A DNA stretch of 64,000 nt from Cellvibrionaceae bacterium (GCA_034111645.1 JAWUWW010000055.1:1641-65640), one strand, 5' to 3'. Shown: positions 1 to 10,885, counted from the first letter of the stretch. Notes: a model not told the origin generated them from the sequence alone. Numbers and translations are program-made.

Positions 1-557
1 TCGCGTCCTGCGGCTACTAACCGAAAGCCTTGGCTCGCAAAAAGCGATAGCACTTGCCCAAGCGGTCGTTCTGGCAACATGTGCAGCTCAACAGCCCACG
101 CTTTTACAGTTGTTAGTTCGGCAACATACTTATCCAAAATAACATACTCGCCACCTTCGATATCCATTTTTATCACGGTAGGATTGGCAGCAATAGCGTC
201 AAGCGGCTTTGCAACAACGGAGATAAGATCTGCCGATTCAGTAGTTTGCATTAGCGATGCATTCATACTGTTCCAGCCGTATTTTTTGGAGTGTTGGCGC
301 GCCATCGACATTTCGCCTAAATGATCCGATACGGCACAGCGCTCTAACAACCAATTTTTAGTCTTAGCTTTTTTTATCTTTTTTTCGATTAATTTAAAAT
401 TTTGGGGTAATGGCTCAACCGATACTACTATATTTGTACCCTTACCCGCTGACCAAAAAAATTGTGAAAGGTCTCCGCGATTGGCACCCAAATCAAGGAC
501 TGTTTGATTACTTAAAGGGATTTCTTTGGCATACCAAACTTGTTGACCATCTATCAT
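1..557 (-). CDS. FkbM-family SAM-dependent methyltransferase (3' end runs off the window; absent from the supplied ORF track)
   Basis: My own minus-strand translation from ATG 557-555 (in-frame stop upstream at 575-573) gives MIDGQQVWYAKEIPLSNQTVLDLGANRGDLSQFF...PTVIKMDIEGGEYVILDKY... The DLGAN.GD SAM-binding motif and the I.MDIEG.E motif are typical of FkbM/Methyltransf_21 proteins. The frame stays open to position 1. The + ORF 79-324 is its antisense shadow. Confidence 0.6.
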   Translation of the reverse strand, partial: MIDGQQVWYAKEIPLSNQTVLDLGANRGDLSQFFWSAGKGTNIVVSVEPLPQNFKLIEKKIKKAKTKNWLLERCAVSDHLGEMSMARQHSKKYGWNSMNASLMQTTESADLISVVAKPLDAIAANPTVIKMDIEGGEYVILDKYVAELTTVKAWAVELHMLPERPLGQVLSLFASQGFRLVAAGR

Positions 558-940
558 CGAGACTTCCAGAAACTATAAGAACATAAGCAGCAAAACAAAT
601 GTTAATACTAACTAACTGCTAATTACCATGCAAGTCCCTAAAATCTATTAGGCACGCACAGAGATTTGATTATTAATGGATTAAAATTTAATAAGTTTGC
701 TATTAACATAAGTCTCACAAGCAAATTTTAATGATATTTAAATTGTTAGGTGATATTTATACACAATAATTTATGTGTTTCTCGCTTTACAGTATTTTTA
801 ATGCCCGTGATTTTGAAATATTTTTTAACAAAAAACTAAAAATCAATAAAAATATTATCGCAGCGCAATCGCCCATCACTTAACGTAGTCATTAATTACT
901 ACAAATTAAGCCAAAACTTTTTACTAAATAATAAAAACTA

Positions 941-1243
941 TTATTCAATAAAACGCGAGAGCTGTTGTTGATATCTCTCATTTTGTTTCAATAAATCTTC
1001 TTTCTGTTGCATTAAGTCAATGACCAGCCCCACGGCAACCCAATCGATTTCTAAGTCTTGATGTAGCCGAATTGCTTTTTTTATCCAACAAACATGAGAG
1101 ACATCAAACACCCAATCTTGATATTCAGCCTCTTCTATTGGCTTTACAATTCCATATTCTACAATTTCTAAAATAAGTTCATTTTCTATTTTTTCTACTT
1201 CGCATAATTCATGAATTGAGATATTGATTGATGTAGATATCAT
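941..1243 (-). CDS. cbpM: Chaperone-modulator protein CbpM (MerR-like)
   Basis: A 100-aa ORF immediately downstream of cbpA with a 4-nt ATGA start/stop overlap. Size and position match the cbpA-cbpM operon of E. coli and pseudomonads. Confidence 0.7.
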   Translation of the reverse strand: MISTSINISIHELCEVEKIENELILEIVEYGIVKPIEEAEYQDWVFDVSHVCWIKKAIRLHQDLEIDWVAVGLVIDLMQQKEDLLKQNERYQQQLSRFIE

Positions 1244-2196
1244 TTTGCATTACTCCATTCAGCTCTAGGATCAAAACCTGCTGTTTTTGCAAGCGTCTGC
1301 CATAACTCTTGAGATTCTGCACTATTTGATGATGGCATAACCACTTTGATAACAGCAAAAAGATCACCTGTTAACTCTTTACCCTGCAAGCCTTTACCCT
1401 TAATACGTAACTTTTTACCCGACTGAGTATTAGGAGTTATCGTTAAGCTTATCTTGCCCTCTAGGGTTGGCACGTTCACTTTAGTGCCTAGGGCTGCCTC
1501 CCAAGGGGTAAGGGGCAATGTTAATATCAGGTTGTGCCCTTCTACATCAAACAGGGGATGTGGCACCAAACGAATATGTAAATATAAATCACCCGCGCTA
1601 GCGTTACCCTCACCCGGCGAGCCTTGGCCTTTAAGACGAATACGCTGACCTTCGATAACCCCTTTCGGTATTTTGACGTTCAAGCGTTTATCTATATGTG
1701 TAGCTTGCCCACCTTTATGAGTGGGAAGTCGGTATGACACTGTTCGCGTGTGCTCAGCGATACTCTCTTCTAGTAATACAGGGATTTCTATTTCTGCATC
1801 CTGGCCTCTCATAGGCTGGTTAAAGCCGCGATCATTAGTATTATAGTTTTGATTTCGACCACCAAACATAGAATTGAAAAAATCCGAAAAATCACCTTCA
1901 AATTGAGGGTTATTTTGGTTTGAGTTATTAGCAGAACCCTGCCAGCCCGGAGGTGGCTTAAAGCCTTGCTTAGATTGACTATTATATTGACGCAGCTCAT
2001 CAAACTCGGCTCTGCGAGTTGGATTTTTTAAGACTTCGTAAGCTTCTGCCATTTCTTTGAACTTGTCTTCGGCGCCAGCCTCAGAATTCATATCAGGATG
2101 ATATTGGCGAGCTAACTTACGATAAGCCGTTTTAATATCTTTGCTATCAGCATCGGGTTTTACCCCTAAAATAGCGTAATAATCTTTGAATTCCAT
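1240..2196 (-). CDS. cbpA: Curved-DNA-binding protein CbpA (DnaJ-class co-chaperone without zinc finger)
   Basis: N-terminal J domain (DYYAILGV...YRKLARQYHPD), a G/F/N-rich linker, a DnaJ C-terminal substrate-binding domain and no CxxCxGxG repeats. It is followed by cbpM. Confidence 0.85.
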   Translation of the reverse strand: MEFKDYYAILGVKPDADSKDIKTAYRKLARQYHPDMNSEAGAEDKFKEMAEAYEVLKNPTRRAEFDELRQYNSQSKQGFKPPPGWQGSANNSNQNNPQFEGDFSDFFNSMFGGRNQNYNTNDRGFNQPMRGQDAEIEIPVLLEESIAEHTRTVSYRLPTHKGGQATHIDKRLNVKIPKGVIEGQRIRLKGQGSPGEGNASAGDLYLHIRLVPHPLFDVEGHNLILTLPLTPWEAALGTKVNVPTLEGKISLTITPNTQSGKKLRIKGKGLQGKELTGDLFAVIKVVMPSSNSAESQELWQTLAKTAGFDPRAEWSNAK

Positions 2197-2680
2197 ACCC
2201 TTTTCCTAGATAAAATAATGTCTGTAATAGATAACGTTATTTATTACTTTGCTTTTGGCTAAGAGCCTTAAATCATATTGTCAGGCACTATTAATATCTC
2301 TAACCGTTGTTTTGCTTATATCCAGACTCTTAGAATAGGCGGCAAAACGGCTAAACAAGCAGTTTATGTTACTAGGCTTACATTATAATAATAGCAGCTT
2401 AATCGTAACCTAATTTACAATTTAATGTGGTAGTTATTATAGATGGCGGGGTTAGAGAGGCCCTTGATTTATCAGCTTTTATAGAAGATTTTAACTGCGC
2501 TTTAGTTACAAGGTATATTACAAGGCATACACTCGGCATAGTAGATTTTAAAATAGCGCGCCACCTTGCAATAACTGGCGGCCGTTGTGGTTGGCAGATA
2601 AAGCAGCCTTATTAAAGGCGACTTGGTCACGCACTATTTGAGATTGCTTTAGCTTTTATTGCTTTAATAAAAATTTAAAA

Positions 2681-2875
2681 TTATTTTTCATCGGGCAAAT
2701 CAGGTATTTCTTGAGGCTTAGGCTTAACAGGAACCTCTTGTGGAATATCAGCTATTGGAATTTCGCTAGGCTTTTCTAAAATCGGATATTCTATTGGCGT
2801 CTTACCAGGTTGCATGTCTGGCTCTTTTGATACTTCTGAAGTTTTAGATGAATTGAAGGGGTTAATGATTTTCAT
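2681..2875 (-). CDS. Hypothetical small Pro/Glu-rich protein (64 aa)
   Basis: The ORF has a GGGAGA Shine-Dalgarno about 9 nt upstream of the ATG. The product is low-complexity (EIP/PxxP repeats: KPSEIPIADIPQEVPVKPKPQEIPDLPDEK). No family was recognised, so coding status is uncertain. Confidence 0.35.
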   Translation of the reverse strand: MKIINPFNSSKTSEVSKEPDMQPGKTPIEYPILEKPSEIPIADIPQEVPVKPKPQEIPDLPDEK

Positions 2876-2892
2876 AGAAGAATTCTCCCTTT

Positions 2893-2924
2893 GTAATGGA
2901 TTAAAAGGTAATGGATTAAAAGGT
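2893..2924. repeat. Tandem duplication, 15-bp unit gtaatggattaaaag x2 (+2 nt)
   Basis: Read directly from the sequence. It lies immediately upstream of the RBS of the 2681-2875 ORF. Confidence 0.9.
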
Positions 2925-3147
2925 CTAAATTTTTTGGTGACAAATCCCCAATGACCTACTATTAAATTTTAAGAAGATATATTTTGTGTTTTAAATCCTT
3001 ATATTATCTAAGCATCTAAATTTACGCTTAAATAATAATTCGATGATCATTGGAGTGAAATCACTCTTATAAAAATAATTTATATAAGAACTAAAAAAGG
3101 TAAACCAAGCATTCGCTAAATACTTGGCTTAAATCAAGCAATTCTTA

Positions 3148-5391
3148 CTAAAGGTTGCTATGGTCGCACTGCTCTATTGCCGCCATAAATTCATCGCCCC
3201 AATGCGTGATATCATTATATTTAACAACTCCAAATGCTTCGCGAATACGATCTCTGGCCTCATTGTCATCCATATTTAATGCTAGATAAACGACATGAAC
3301 AAGATCTTGGATATCATGAGGATTAGTCAGTAAAACACCTTTTAATTCGGCTGCGGCACCAGCAAACTCTGATAACACTAACACGCCCTTACCATCAGAA
3401 ATACCCTGTGTTGCGATAAATTCTTTACATACCAAGTTAAGACCATCGCGCAGAGGCGTTATCCACATAACGTCTGCTAAGGCATAGTAGGCGACTAAAT
3501 CTTCAAATGGAAAGCTTCGAAAGAAAAATTGAACAGGTGTCCATCCGACTCTTGCATATCGACCATTAATACGCCCAATTGTTTGTTCAATTTCTATTTG
3601 TAAATCGTTATAAATAGTCATTTCTTTTGCAGCAGGCACACAAATTGTTAATAAAACAACATCACCAATAAGCTCAGGGTGCTCTTCTAACAATAATTCA
3701 AAAGCCTCTAGTTTAGAGACGATACCTTTTGTATAGTCGAGTCGCTCTACCGACAAAATAACTCTATGGTCTTGCAGCTCATGTTTGAGTTCTTCTATCC
3801 TTTTTTTAATTAATGGCTTTTCCAATGCATTTTTTACGCGATTCAAATCTAAGCCTACGGGTAAAGCGCCCAGTAAAATTCGTCTTTCATTAACCTCTAT
3901 CTCTGAGGTCATTTTATCGAGACCAACCGCACAACCAAATGTCACAAATCGAGGCGCGCAATTAACCCGCTTGATAATTTTAATAGGTGCAATACCCTTG
4001 ACTACATCAATAAAGTTTTCTGATTGTCGGGGAATATGGAAACCAATAAAATCACACTGCAAGAGACTGCCTATGATATCTCGTCTCCACGGTAAAACGT
4101 TAAATACATCTGCCGATGGGAAGTAGGTATGGTGAAAAAATGCAATGATAACATCAGGACGCATTTCTCTTAAAAAGCTCGGCACCATCCAAAGGTTATA
4201 GTCATGAATCCAAACCGTCGCACCTTCGGCCGCTTCGGCAGAGGCTTGTTCTGCAAATAATTTATTGACCTCAACAAAAACCTGCCAATGATCCTCTCGA
4301 AACGTTGCTCGCTCCCAAAAGGTATGCAGTGTTGGCCAAAAAGCCTCTTTAGAAAACTTTTTATAAAATATATCTACTTGCTCTTTTGTTAAAGACACTC
4401 TCGATACTGTTAGTTTAGGGTAGAGGCTTGTATCCACTGTGGTATGGGTTTCGAATTCTTCGTTATCAGATTTCATCGTCGACCACGCTACCCAAGAGCC
4501 TGGCTTACCATCACCAAAAAAGCTAAGCAATGTTGGAATAATTCCGTTTGGTGAGCTGGGGTTTCTTCGTTGCACTACACCGTTTTCTAAAAACTCTTCG
4601 TAAGGAAGACGATGATAGACGATCACTAAATCGGACTTGCCTAGCGGGACCTCTTGTTCTTGCAGTTCTGCCGCTATACCTTGTTTACCCAAAAAATTAA
4701 AATAACTTATGGCTTCAAGAATACCGCCGCAGCCGGCCTTATTTGCGTGGAAAGTTTTAGTTTGATCTTTAGTTTCACGCAGCAAACCTGATTCGGAAGC
4801 CCCGACACAAACACCTAATAAATTATGCTGATACATTGATAAATCATTTAGCGTATCGCCAGCGACTAAAACTGATTGAGGATCGTGATTTAACATTTCA
4901 GTTAGCGCGAGTAAGCTTGAACCCTTATTGACACCTTTTGGTAAAAAATCAAGATAATGACCCGCTGAATAAAGCAAATCGCATCCTAACGAAGCGGCAA
5001 TTTCATATAAATGGTCAGTCACTGCATTAGTTTCACAAAAAAATGAACAGCGTCCGCTTTGTGGGACATCTTGACGAATTAATCCCGGACTATTGGCTAC
5101 TGCTTCTTCGATCACATACTGACCAGGCCATAAATTATCAATGTTAGATTGCAATGGTTGTACCGGTTGCAAGGTTGCTCCATCTACAATTGTTGCACCT
5201 ACGTCGCAGATAATATATGAGGGATTTGGAATGGTAGGATCGGACAGCAAGGGCATCACCGATTCTAGGCCGCGGCCGGTGACAAAAATAAGTTCAATTT
5301 CTGGATGCTGCGAAATTAATTGGTAAAGTTTATGTCGACTAGCCTGTGTGCCAGCGAGAAATGTTCCATCTAAATCTGTTGCTAAAAGCAT
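3148..5391 (-). CDS. ggpS: Bifunctional HAD phosphatase + GT20 glycosyltransferase, most like glucosylglycerol-phosphate synthase/phosphatase (GgpPS); a trehalose-6-P synthase/phosphatase fusion is the alternative
   Basis: The N-terminal ~250 aa carry HAD-IIB motifs (DLDGTF, VTGRG, KGVNKG, GDTLND). The C-terminal ~490 aa are GT20 (VIVYHRLPYEE, SPNGIIPTL, WIHDYNLW, FFHHTYFPS, GFHIPR, INGRYARVGWTPV, ITPLRDGLNLVCKE, LSEFAGAA). These motifs resemble cyanobacterial GgpS, as I recall it, more than E. coli OtsA. An N-terminal phosphatase fused to a C-terminal synthase is the GgpPS architecture reported for Azotobacter/Pseudomonas/Stenotrophomonas. SD AAGAGGA precedes the ATG. Confidence 0.6.
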   Translation of the reverse strand: MLLATDLDGTFLAGTQASRHKLYQLISQHPEIELIFVTGRGLESVMPLLSDPTIPNPSYIICDVGATIVDGATLQPVQPLQSNIDNLWPGQYVIEEAVANSPGLIRQDVPQSGRCSFFCETNAVTDHLYEIAASLGCDLLYSAGHYLDFLPKGVNKGSSLLALTEMLNHDPQSVLVAGDTLNDLSMYQHNLLGVCVGASESGLLRETKDQTKTFHANKAGCGGILEAISYFNFLGKQGIAAELQEQEVPLGKSDLVIVYHRLPYEEFLENGVVQRRNPSSPNGIIPTLLSFFGDGKPGSWVAWSTMKSDNEEFETHTTVDTSLYPKLTVSRVSLTKEQVDIFYKKFSKEAFWPTLHTFWERATFREDHWQVFVEVNKLFAEQASAEAAEGATVWIHDYNLWMVPSFLREMRPDVIIAFFHHTYFPSADVFNVLPWRRDIIGSLLQCDFIGFHIPRQSENFIDVVKGIAPIKIIKRVNCAPRFVTFGCAVGLDKMTSEIEVNERRILLGALPVGLDLNRVKNALEKPLIKKRIEELKHELQDHRVILSVERLDYTKGIVSKLEAFELLLEEHPELIGDVVLLTICVPAAKEMTIYNDLQIEIEQTIGRINGRYARVGWTPVQFFFRSFPFEDLVAYYALADVMWITPLRDGLNLVCKEFIATQGISDGKGVLVLSEFAGAAAELKGVLLTNPHDIQDLVHVVYLALNMDDNEARDRIREAFGVVKYNDITHWGDEFMAAIEQCDHSNL

Positions 5392-5485
5392 TGCAATCCT
5401 CTTGGTATTGAATAAATTACTTGTTTTAAATAAATGACTTTTAAATATGTTTTGTCACTAAAAATCAACCTAATAATATTCGAAT

Positions 5486-6847
5486 TTAATTTTCTTTGAT
5501 TTCTTCCTTGGCTACTTCTTTCTCAACTACTTCTGCATCGCTAACCTCTTCTTCGCTGCTACCCCACGTTGGATTAAAGTTATCACCAATGTCAGCCTCA
5601 CTATCGGCAGGTAGCATTTCTAAGGCACTTGGCGTTGTATTTACCATTGGCACAAAGTCTGCGACATACTCGTCTGGATTTTCAGACTCACTCTTAATTT
5701 GATAGACAAAAGCAATTATCGCTAACGCCATTAAATTGAATGCCCAGAATGCTGGCACGCTTGAGGGGCCGAAAGCTTCCATTAGTTGGCCGGCTAATAT
5801 GGGTCCTAACATTGCACCTACTCCATGCAACAAAAGCAGTCCACTACCGCCGGCCAACATGTCGTCTGGATCTAGATGGTCGATTAGGTGAACAACTGAT
5901 ACCGGATATATGGCAAAGGCGAGCCCTCCATAAAGCGCACTCAGGCAGAAAAATATGATCAGATTATCAATTTCAACCATAAGAATAACGGCAAGTAATG
6001 CTGCAAAAAAACTGATTACAGACAAAACAAGACGTCGATCATTGTTGCCTGAACATCTGCCTAAAGGAAATTGAAGCAAAGCACCGCCGAGTATAAATAG
6101 ACTCATAAAGCTTGCGATATCGTTATTAGACAAGCCGATTCTTGACCCATAAAGCGCCCCTAAGCCCCAAAAAGCACCCATTGCTAAACCAGACAAAAAT
6201 GCGCCCCATACCGCAACTGGAGCACTTTTATATATTTTTAACAAATTGATGTTAGCAACACTATGTATTTCTGGCTGTTTCAAGCGAGTCCAAGCTATAG
6301 GCACCAAGCTAAGACTAATAAGAATAGACGCAACTGAAAATAAGAAAAATGTAAGATCGGGATCAAACCTTAATAGCTGCTGCGCTAGCGCAATAGAGCC
6401 AAGATTAACCGTCATATAGATAGCAAATACACGACCCCTGCTTTCTGTGGGAGTTTGTCGATTAAGCCAACTTTCGACTACCGTGTACAAAATTACGATA
6501 GCCGCGCCATTAATTACGCGAAGTAATAACCACCAGTAAGGGTCAACATACAACACGTGCAATAAAGCTGTGCACGCTACTATTGCGGCACACATCGCAA
6601 AGGTTCTAATATGTCCTACACGACTAACAATAGGTGTTGCGAGATATGTTCCCACAAAAAAACCTAAAAAATAGCCGGACATGATTAGGCCAATCATAGA
6701 GTCACTGTAAGCCTCTATTTCGCTGCGTAAGCTTAGTAATGTATTTAATAAGCCATTACCCAAAAGCAACAGCAATACACCAACTAGAATCGCACTAATC
6801 GAAGTAATATGCGTAATCATATTGTTTGTAATTATTTTATCTGACAA
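5486..6847 (-). CDS. MFS transporter, YcaD-like, with acidic C-terminal tail
   Basis: Twelve-TM-like hydrophobic profile. The motif VVESWLNRQTPTESRGRVFAIYM resembles E. coli YcaD (VVESALM...SRNRGRLLAAYM). It sits directly upstream of and co-oriented with the GT20 fusion. The start is uncertain (TTG 6847 or ATG 27 nt downstream). Confidence 0.75.
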   Translation of the reverse strand: MSDKIITNNMITHITSISAILVGVLLLLLGNGLLNTLLSLRSEIEAYSDSMIGLIMSGYFLGFFVGTYLATPIVSRVGHIRTFAMCAAIVACTALLHVLYVDPYWWLLLRVINGAAIVILYTVVESWLNRQTPTESRGRVFAIYMTVNLGSIALAQQLLRFDPDLTFFLFSVASILISLSLVPIAWTRLKQPEIHSVANINLLKIYKSAPVAVWGAFLSGLAMGAFWGLGALYGSRIGLSNNDIASFMSLFILGGALLQFPLGRCSGNNDRRLVLSVISFFAALLAVILMVEIDNLIIFFCLSALYGGLAFAIYPVSVVHLIDHLDPDDMLAGGSGLLLLHGVGAMLGPILAGQLMEAFGPSSVPAFWAFNLMALAIIAFVYQIKSESENPDEYVADFVPMVNTTPSALEMLPADSEADIGDNFNPTWGSSEEEVSDAEVVEKEVAKEEIKEN

Positions 6848-7212
6848 ATAAAAATCGGTTAATTTTTATTTTAGGGATTTCTATTGAAAAATTGTAAAAA
6901 ATTTCAATAAAATTAGAGGTTTTATATAAATATTTAATCTATATTTACAGTTCATTATAGAGAAATTTGAAAATATTTCAACAAAGCAGTATTTTCTTTG
7001 CATATTTTGGTAGCTATAGAGCATACAAATTTAAATCTTATCATTTATCTTTATAAGCGAATGGTAATAATACGAGATAATTGTAGAACTTATTCAACAA
7101 TTTATTTTACAAAATGAAAACATCAACGGTGCTTTCATAGGGAGTTTAATTTAAGTAGTGCTAAAGTTTTATTTTTATGACCAAAAAAGAGGGAAAAAAT
7201 TAATAACTTTAC

Positions 7213-8229
7213 TTAAAAACCTTCAAGTACACTCTTACCAATAGCAGTTCCGCTTTCTTGTAAAATATGCATTTCTTTTAAATTTTTTGCCTTAATTTTA
7301 CCTGCATTATGCGTCGCGGTTGAGACAATTTTTCCTTCATCAACTAATCGCGACACTTCATTTAATAGTTCATGCTGCTTGATCATATCGTCGGTTTGGA
7401 ACATCGAACGCGTAAACATAAACTCCCAACTAAAAGTAAGCGCTTTAAGTTTAATAGCATTAATATTAAAACTTTTTGGATCATCAATTAAGGCAATATG
7501 CCCACGAGGTTTAATCAGCTCGACAATACTATCGAAATGCTGATCTGTTGCAGTCAGTGAAGCAACATACCGTGGCTGAAGATTTAAAGCTTTTACTTGA
7601 CCAGCTAATGGTTGACGATGATTGATAACATGATCCGCACCCATTTTTTTGACCCACTCAATGGTGTCTGGTCGCGATGCTGTTGTGATAATAGTAAGCT
7701 TAGTCAATCGCTTAGCAAGCTGAACAAGAATAGAACCTACGCCACCTGCGCCTCCGATAATTAATATACTTTCGCCTTTGCCATCTCCTTGCTTTAGCGC
7801 AAAAGAGTCGAACAATAGCTCCCATGCAGTAATAGAAGTTAACGGTAGACTTGCGCTTTCGGCAAAGCCTAGTGTTTTTGGCTTGTTGCCCACTATTCTC
7901 TCATCGACAAGATGATATTCTGAATTGGTGCCAGGGCGAGTAACGTCACCCGCGTAAAAAACATCATCGCCCACTTTAAAAAACCTTACCTTGCTACCAA
8001 CTTTTTTAACAACACCTGCCGCGTCATAGCCAATCACTTTTGTGCCTGCATAAATACCTTCTTCTGGCTCAGCATTAGCGCGTCTTTTTGTATCTACTGG
8101 GTTCATAGATACTGCACGTACCTCGACTAAAAGATCATGATCACCGCAGACAGGCACAGGAGCTTCAAAATCAATTAGAGAGTTTTCATTACTAATAGGG
8201 CCTGCTTTTTTATATCCAATTGCTTTCAT
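7213..8229 (-). CDS. Zinc-binding alcohol dehydrogenase / quinone oxidoreductase family (MDR) protein
   Basis: MDR fold motifs are present ([22 protein letters not shown], Rossmann [10 protein letters not shown]). I prefer the ATG at 8229 (MKAIGYKK..., AAGG SD 8 nt upstream) over the ORF-track start at 8256, which has no SD. Confidence 0.8.
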   Translation of the reverse strand: MKAIGYKKAGPISNENSLIDFEAPVPVCGDHDLLVEVRAVSMNPVDTKRRANAEPEEGIYAGTKVIGYDAAGVVKKVGSKVRFFKVGDDVFYAGDVTRPGTNSEYHLVDERIVGNKPKTLGFAESASLPLTSITAWELLFDSFALKQGDGKGESILIIGGAGGVGSILVQLAKRLTKLTIITTASRPDTIEWVKKMGADHVINHRQPLAGQVKALNLQPRYVASLTATDQHFDSIVELIKPRGHIALIDDPKSFNINAIKLKALTFSWEFMFTRSMFQTDDMIKQHELLNEVSRLVDEGKIVSTATHNAGKIKAKNLKEMHILQESGTAIGKSVLEGF

Positions 8230-8256
8230 GTCTTTTGCCTTGCTTTGATTAGCCAT

Positions 8257-8286
8257 TATATAAAATTAACGAATTAATTTTATATA
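8257..8286. repeat. Perfect 13-bp A/T-only inverted repeat (tatataaaattaa-cgaa-ttaattttatata)
   Basis: Read directly from the sequence. It lies between the clpB stop (8306) and the MDR gene. It may be a weak hairpin/terminator or an operator. Confidence 0.6.
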
Positions 8287-8305
8287 ATTTCACAACACTA
8301 AAAAT

Positions 8306-10885
8306 TTATTTACTAAACTGAAGATCGCCTTGTTCATTAACATCAACTAAAATAGTATCGCCACCCACAAAATCACCGGACAATAATTTGTGCGACAGTG
8401 GGTTTTCTACCAATTGTTGAATAGCTCGTTTTAATGGACGTGCGCCATAAATAATATCAAAACCAGCTTCCGATATTTTTTGCATTGCGCTATCGCTAAC
8501 GTTTATTTTTAAATCTCTTTCGCTCAAACGTTTAGTTAATGATGCTAACTGTATTTTTGCAATTCCTGCTATCTGCTCTTGAGAGAGCGGTCCGAAAACC
8601 ACGGTCTCATCAATTCGATTGATAAACTCTGGTCGAAAATGTTTGCCAACAACTTCTAAAACTTTTTTACGAATAGCATCTTGTGGTTGATTATCTATGG
8701 TCATTTCTTGAATATAGTCAGAACCTAAATTCGATGTCATCACAATAACTGTATTACGAAAATCTACAGTGCGGCCTTGGCTATCGGTTAAGCGGCCATC
8801 TTCTAATACTTGTAATAAAATATTAAACACATCGCTATGTGCTTTTTCTATTTCGTCAAGTAATAACAATGCGTAAGGGCGTCTGCGAACCGCTTCAGTT
8901 AAATAGCCGCCTTCTTCATAACCAACATAGCCTGGCGGCGCGCCTATTAATCTCGCTACTGAGTGTTTTTCCATAAATTCTGACATATCAAGACGCACCA
9001 TCGCATCTTTGCTGTCAAATAAAAACTCGGCTAAGGTTTTGCATAATTCTGTTTTACCCACACCAGTTGGACCTAAAAACAAAAACGAACCGTTTGGTCT
9101 GTTTGGATCAGATAAGCCGGCGCGTGAACGTCGGATTGCATTTGATACAGCCTCGACGGCATTGCTTTGGCCCACTATATTTTTATGCAGCTCTGCTTCC
9201 ATTTGTAATAATTTTTCACGCTCGCCTTCGAGCATCTTTGACACTGGGATACCCGTCCATTTAGAAACCACCTCAGCGATTTCTTCCTCAGTGACATTAG
9301 TGCGCAACAATTTCATTTCCATCATTTCAGCTTGGCTAGCAATATCTAACTGCTTTTCCATCTGTGGAATAACGCCATACTGCAATTCGGAAATACGCTC
9401 GAGATCATTAACACGTCGCGCCGCTTCCATGTCGATACGGGCTTGTTCTAAATTACTTTTAATTTCTAACGTACCAGATAATGCGGCTTTTTCTGACTGC
9501 CAAACTTCATCAAATTCTTTATATTGAGCGTCAACCTCTATAATCGTTTCATCAATTGCTTTTAAACGTTTAATAGATGCTTCGTCTTCTTCTTTTTTAA
9601 TAGCTTCGCGTTCAATTTTAAGTTGTATAAGACGACGCTCAAGCTTATCCATCAACTCGGGCTTAGAATCGATCTCCATGCGAATGCGGCTAGCGGCTTC
9701 ATCAATTAGGTCGATGGCCTTATCGGGCAATTGTCGATCAGTGATATAACGATACGATAATCTTGCCGCCGCAATAATAGCAGCGTCAGTGATATCGACG
9801 CCATGATGCACTTCGTAGCGCTCTTTTAAGCCGCGTAAGATAGCAATCGTGTCGATTTCTGATGGCTCATTGACAACGATTTTTTGAAAGCGACGCTCTA
9901 GTGCCGCATCTTTTTCAATAAACTTACGATACTCGTCTAGCGTCGTCGCACCCACACAGTGAAGATCGCCACGCGCTAGTGCTGGCTTGAGCATATTGCC
10001 AGCATCCATTGCGCCTTCGGCTTTACCCGCACCCACCATCATATGAATTTCATCAATAAAAAGAATGATGCGACCTTCTTGTTTGGACAATTCATTGATT
10101 ACAGCTTTTAAGCGCTCTTCAAAATCACCGCGAAACTTGGCGCCCGCTAAAAGTGCGCCTAAATCAAGCGATAATACGCGCTTACCTTTTAAGCTTTCTG
10201 GCACTTCACCATTAGTGATGCGCTGGGCGAGTCCTTCGATAATAGCTGTTTTACCGACGCCGGGTTCACCAATTAACACAGGGTTATTTTTTCTACGACG
10301 CTGTAGCACTTGTATAGCTCTGCGAATTTCATCGTCGCGCCCAATAACAGGATCTAACTTGCCTGACTCTGCTAGCGCGGTTAAATCATTTGTGTATTTC
10401 TCGAGCGCCTGACGATTTGCCTCTGCATCTGGATCGTCAATTGTTTCACCACCGCGCACAGCATCAATTGCTTTTTTAAGGTTATCGAACAGACCAAACT
10501 TATGTAATAGCTTACCTAAGGCGCTATCTTTATCTTCCATCGCCGCGAGCAAAACACTCTCACTTGAGATAAATTTATCGCCATTCTTTTGCGCTTTTTT
10601 ATCCGCTAGATTTAATAATCGACCCATATCAACAGAGAGCTGAATATCTCCTGTTGCATGCTCGAGCCTAGGCATATTATTTAACTCTTTACCCATCTCA
10701 TTACGCAGACCGGGCATATCGAAACTCGCTTGAGCTAATAAGGGGCGAACACTGCCCCCTTGTTGATCAAGCATAGATTGCATTAAATGCAATGGTTCTA
10801 GACGCGTATGATCTCGGCCTACCGCTAAAGATTGCGCATCTGAAAGGGCTGTTTGTAATTGATTGGTCAAACGTTCAATACGCAT
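8306..10885 (-). CDS. clpB: ATP-dependent disaggregase ClpB
   Basis: 859 aa with a Clp N domain, two AAA+ modules ([16 protein letters not shown]), a long coiled-coil M domain between them and a ClpB/Hsp104-type C-terminus. Confidence 0.97.
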   Translation of the reverse strand: MRIERLTNQLQTALSDAQSLAVGRDHTRLEPLHLMQSMLDQQGGSVRPLLAQASFDMPGLRNEMGKELNNMPRLEHATGDIQLSVDMGRLLNLADKKAQKNGDKFISSESVLLAAMEDKDSALGKLLHKFGLFDNLKKAIDAVRGGETIDDPDAEANRQALEKYTNDLTALAESGKLDPVIGRDDEIRRAIQVLQRRRKNNPVLIGEPGVGKTAIIEGLAQRITNGEVPESLKGKRVLSLDLGALLAGAKFRGDFEERLKAVINELSKQEGRIILFIDEIHMMVGAGKAEGAMDAGNMLKPALARGDLHCVGATTLDEYRKFIEKDAALERRFQKIVVNEPSEIDTIAILRGLKERYEVHHGVDITDAAIIAAARLSYRYITDRQLPDKAIDLIDEAASRIRMEIDSKPELMDKLERRLIQLKIEREAIKKEEDEASIKRLKAIDETIIEVDAQYKEFDEVWQSEKAALSGTLEIKSNLEQARIDMEAARRVNDLERISELQYGVIPQMEKQLDIASQAEMMEMKLLRTNVTEEEIAEVVSKWTGIPVSKMLEGEREKLLQMEAELHKNIVGQSNAVEAVSNAIRRSRAGLSDPNRPNGSFLFLGPTGVGKTELCKTLAEFLFDSKDAMVRLDMSEFMEKHSVARLIGAPPGYVGYEEGGYLTEAVRRRPYALLLLDEIEKAHSDVFNILLQVLEDGRLTDSQGRTVDFRNTVIVMTSNLGSDYIQEMTIDNQPQDAIRKKVLEVVGKHFRPEFINRIDETVVFGPLSQEQIAGIAKIQLASLTKRLSERDLKINVSDSAMQKISEAGFDIIYGARPLKRAIQQLVENPLSHKLLSGDFVGGDTILVDVNEQGDLQFSK

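Noticed and set aside
79-324. 81-aa plus-strand ORF at the window start
   Set aside because: It is antisense to the better-supported FkbM-like methyltransferase reading frame (1-557, minus).
2427-2615. 62-aa GTG-initiated ORF upstream of cbpA
   Set aside because: It has no SD, no family resemblance, and sits in the cbpA promoter region. It is probably non-coding.
9009-10412. Plus-strand ORFs of 172, 65 and 115 aa inside clpB
   Set aside because: They are antisense shadows of clpB. Their composition (Ser/Pro/Arg-rich) is typical of reverse-frame translation.
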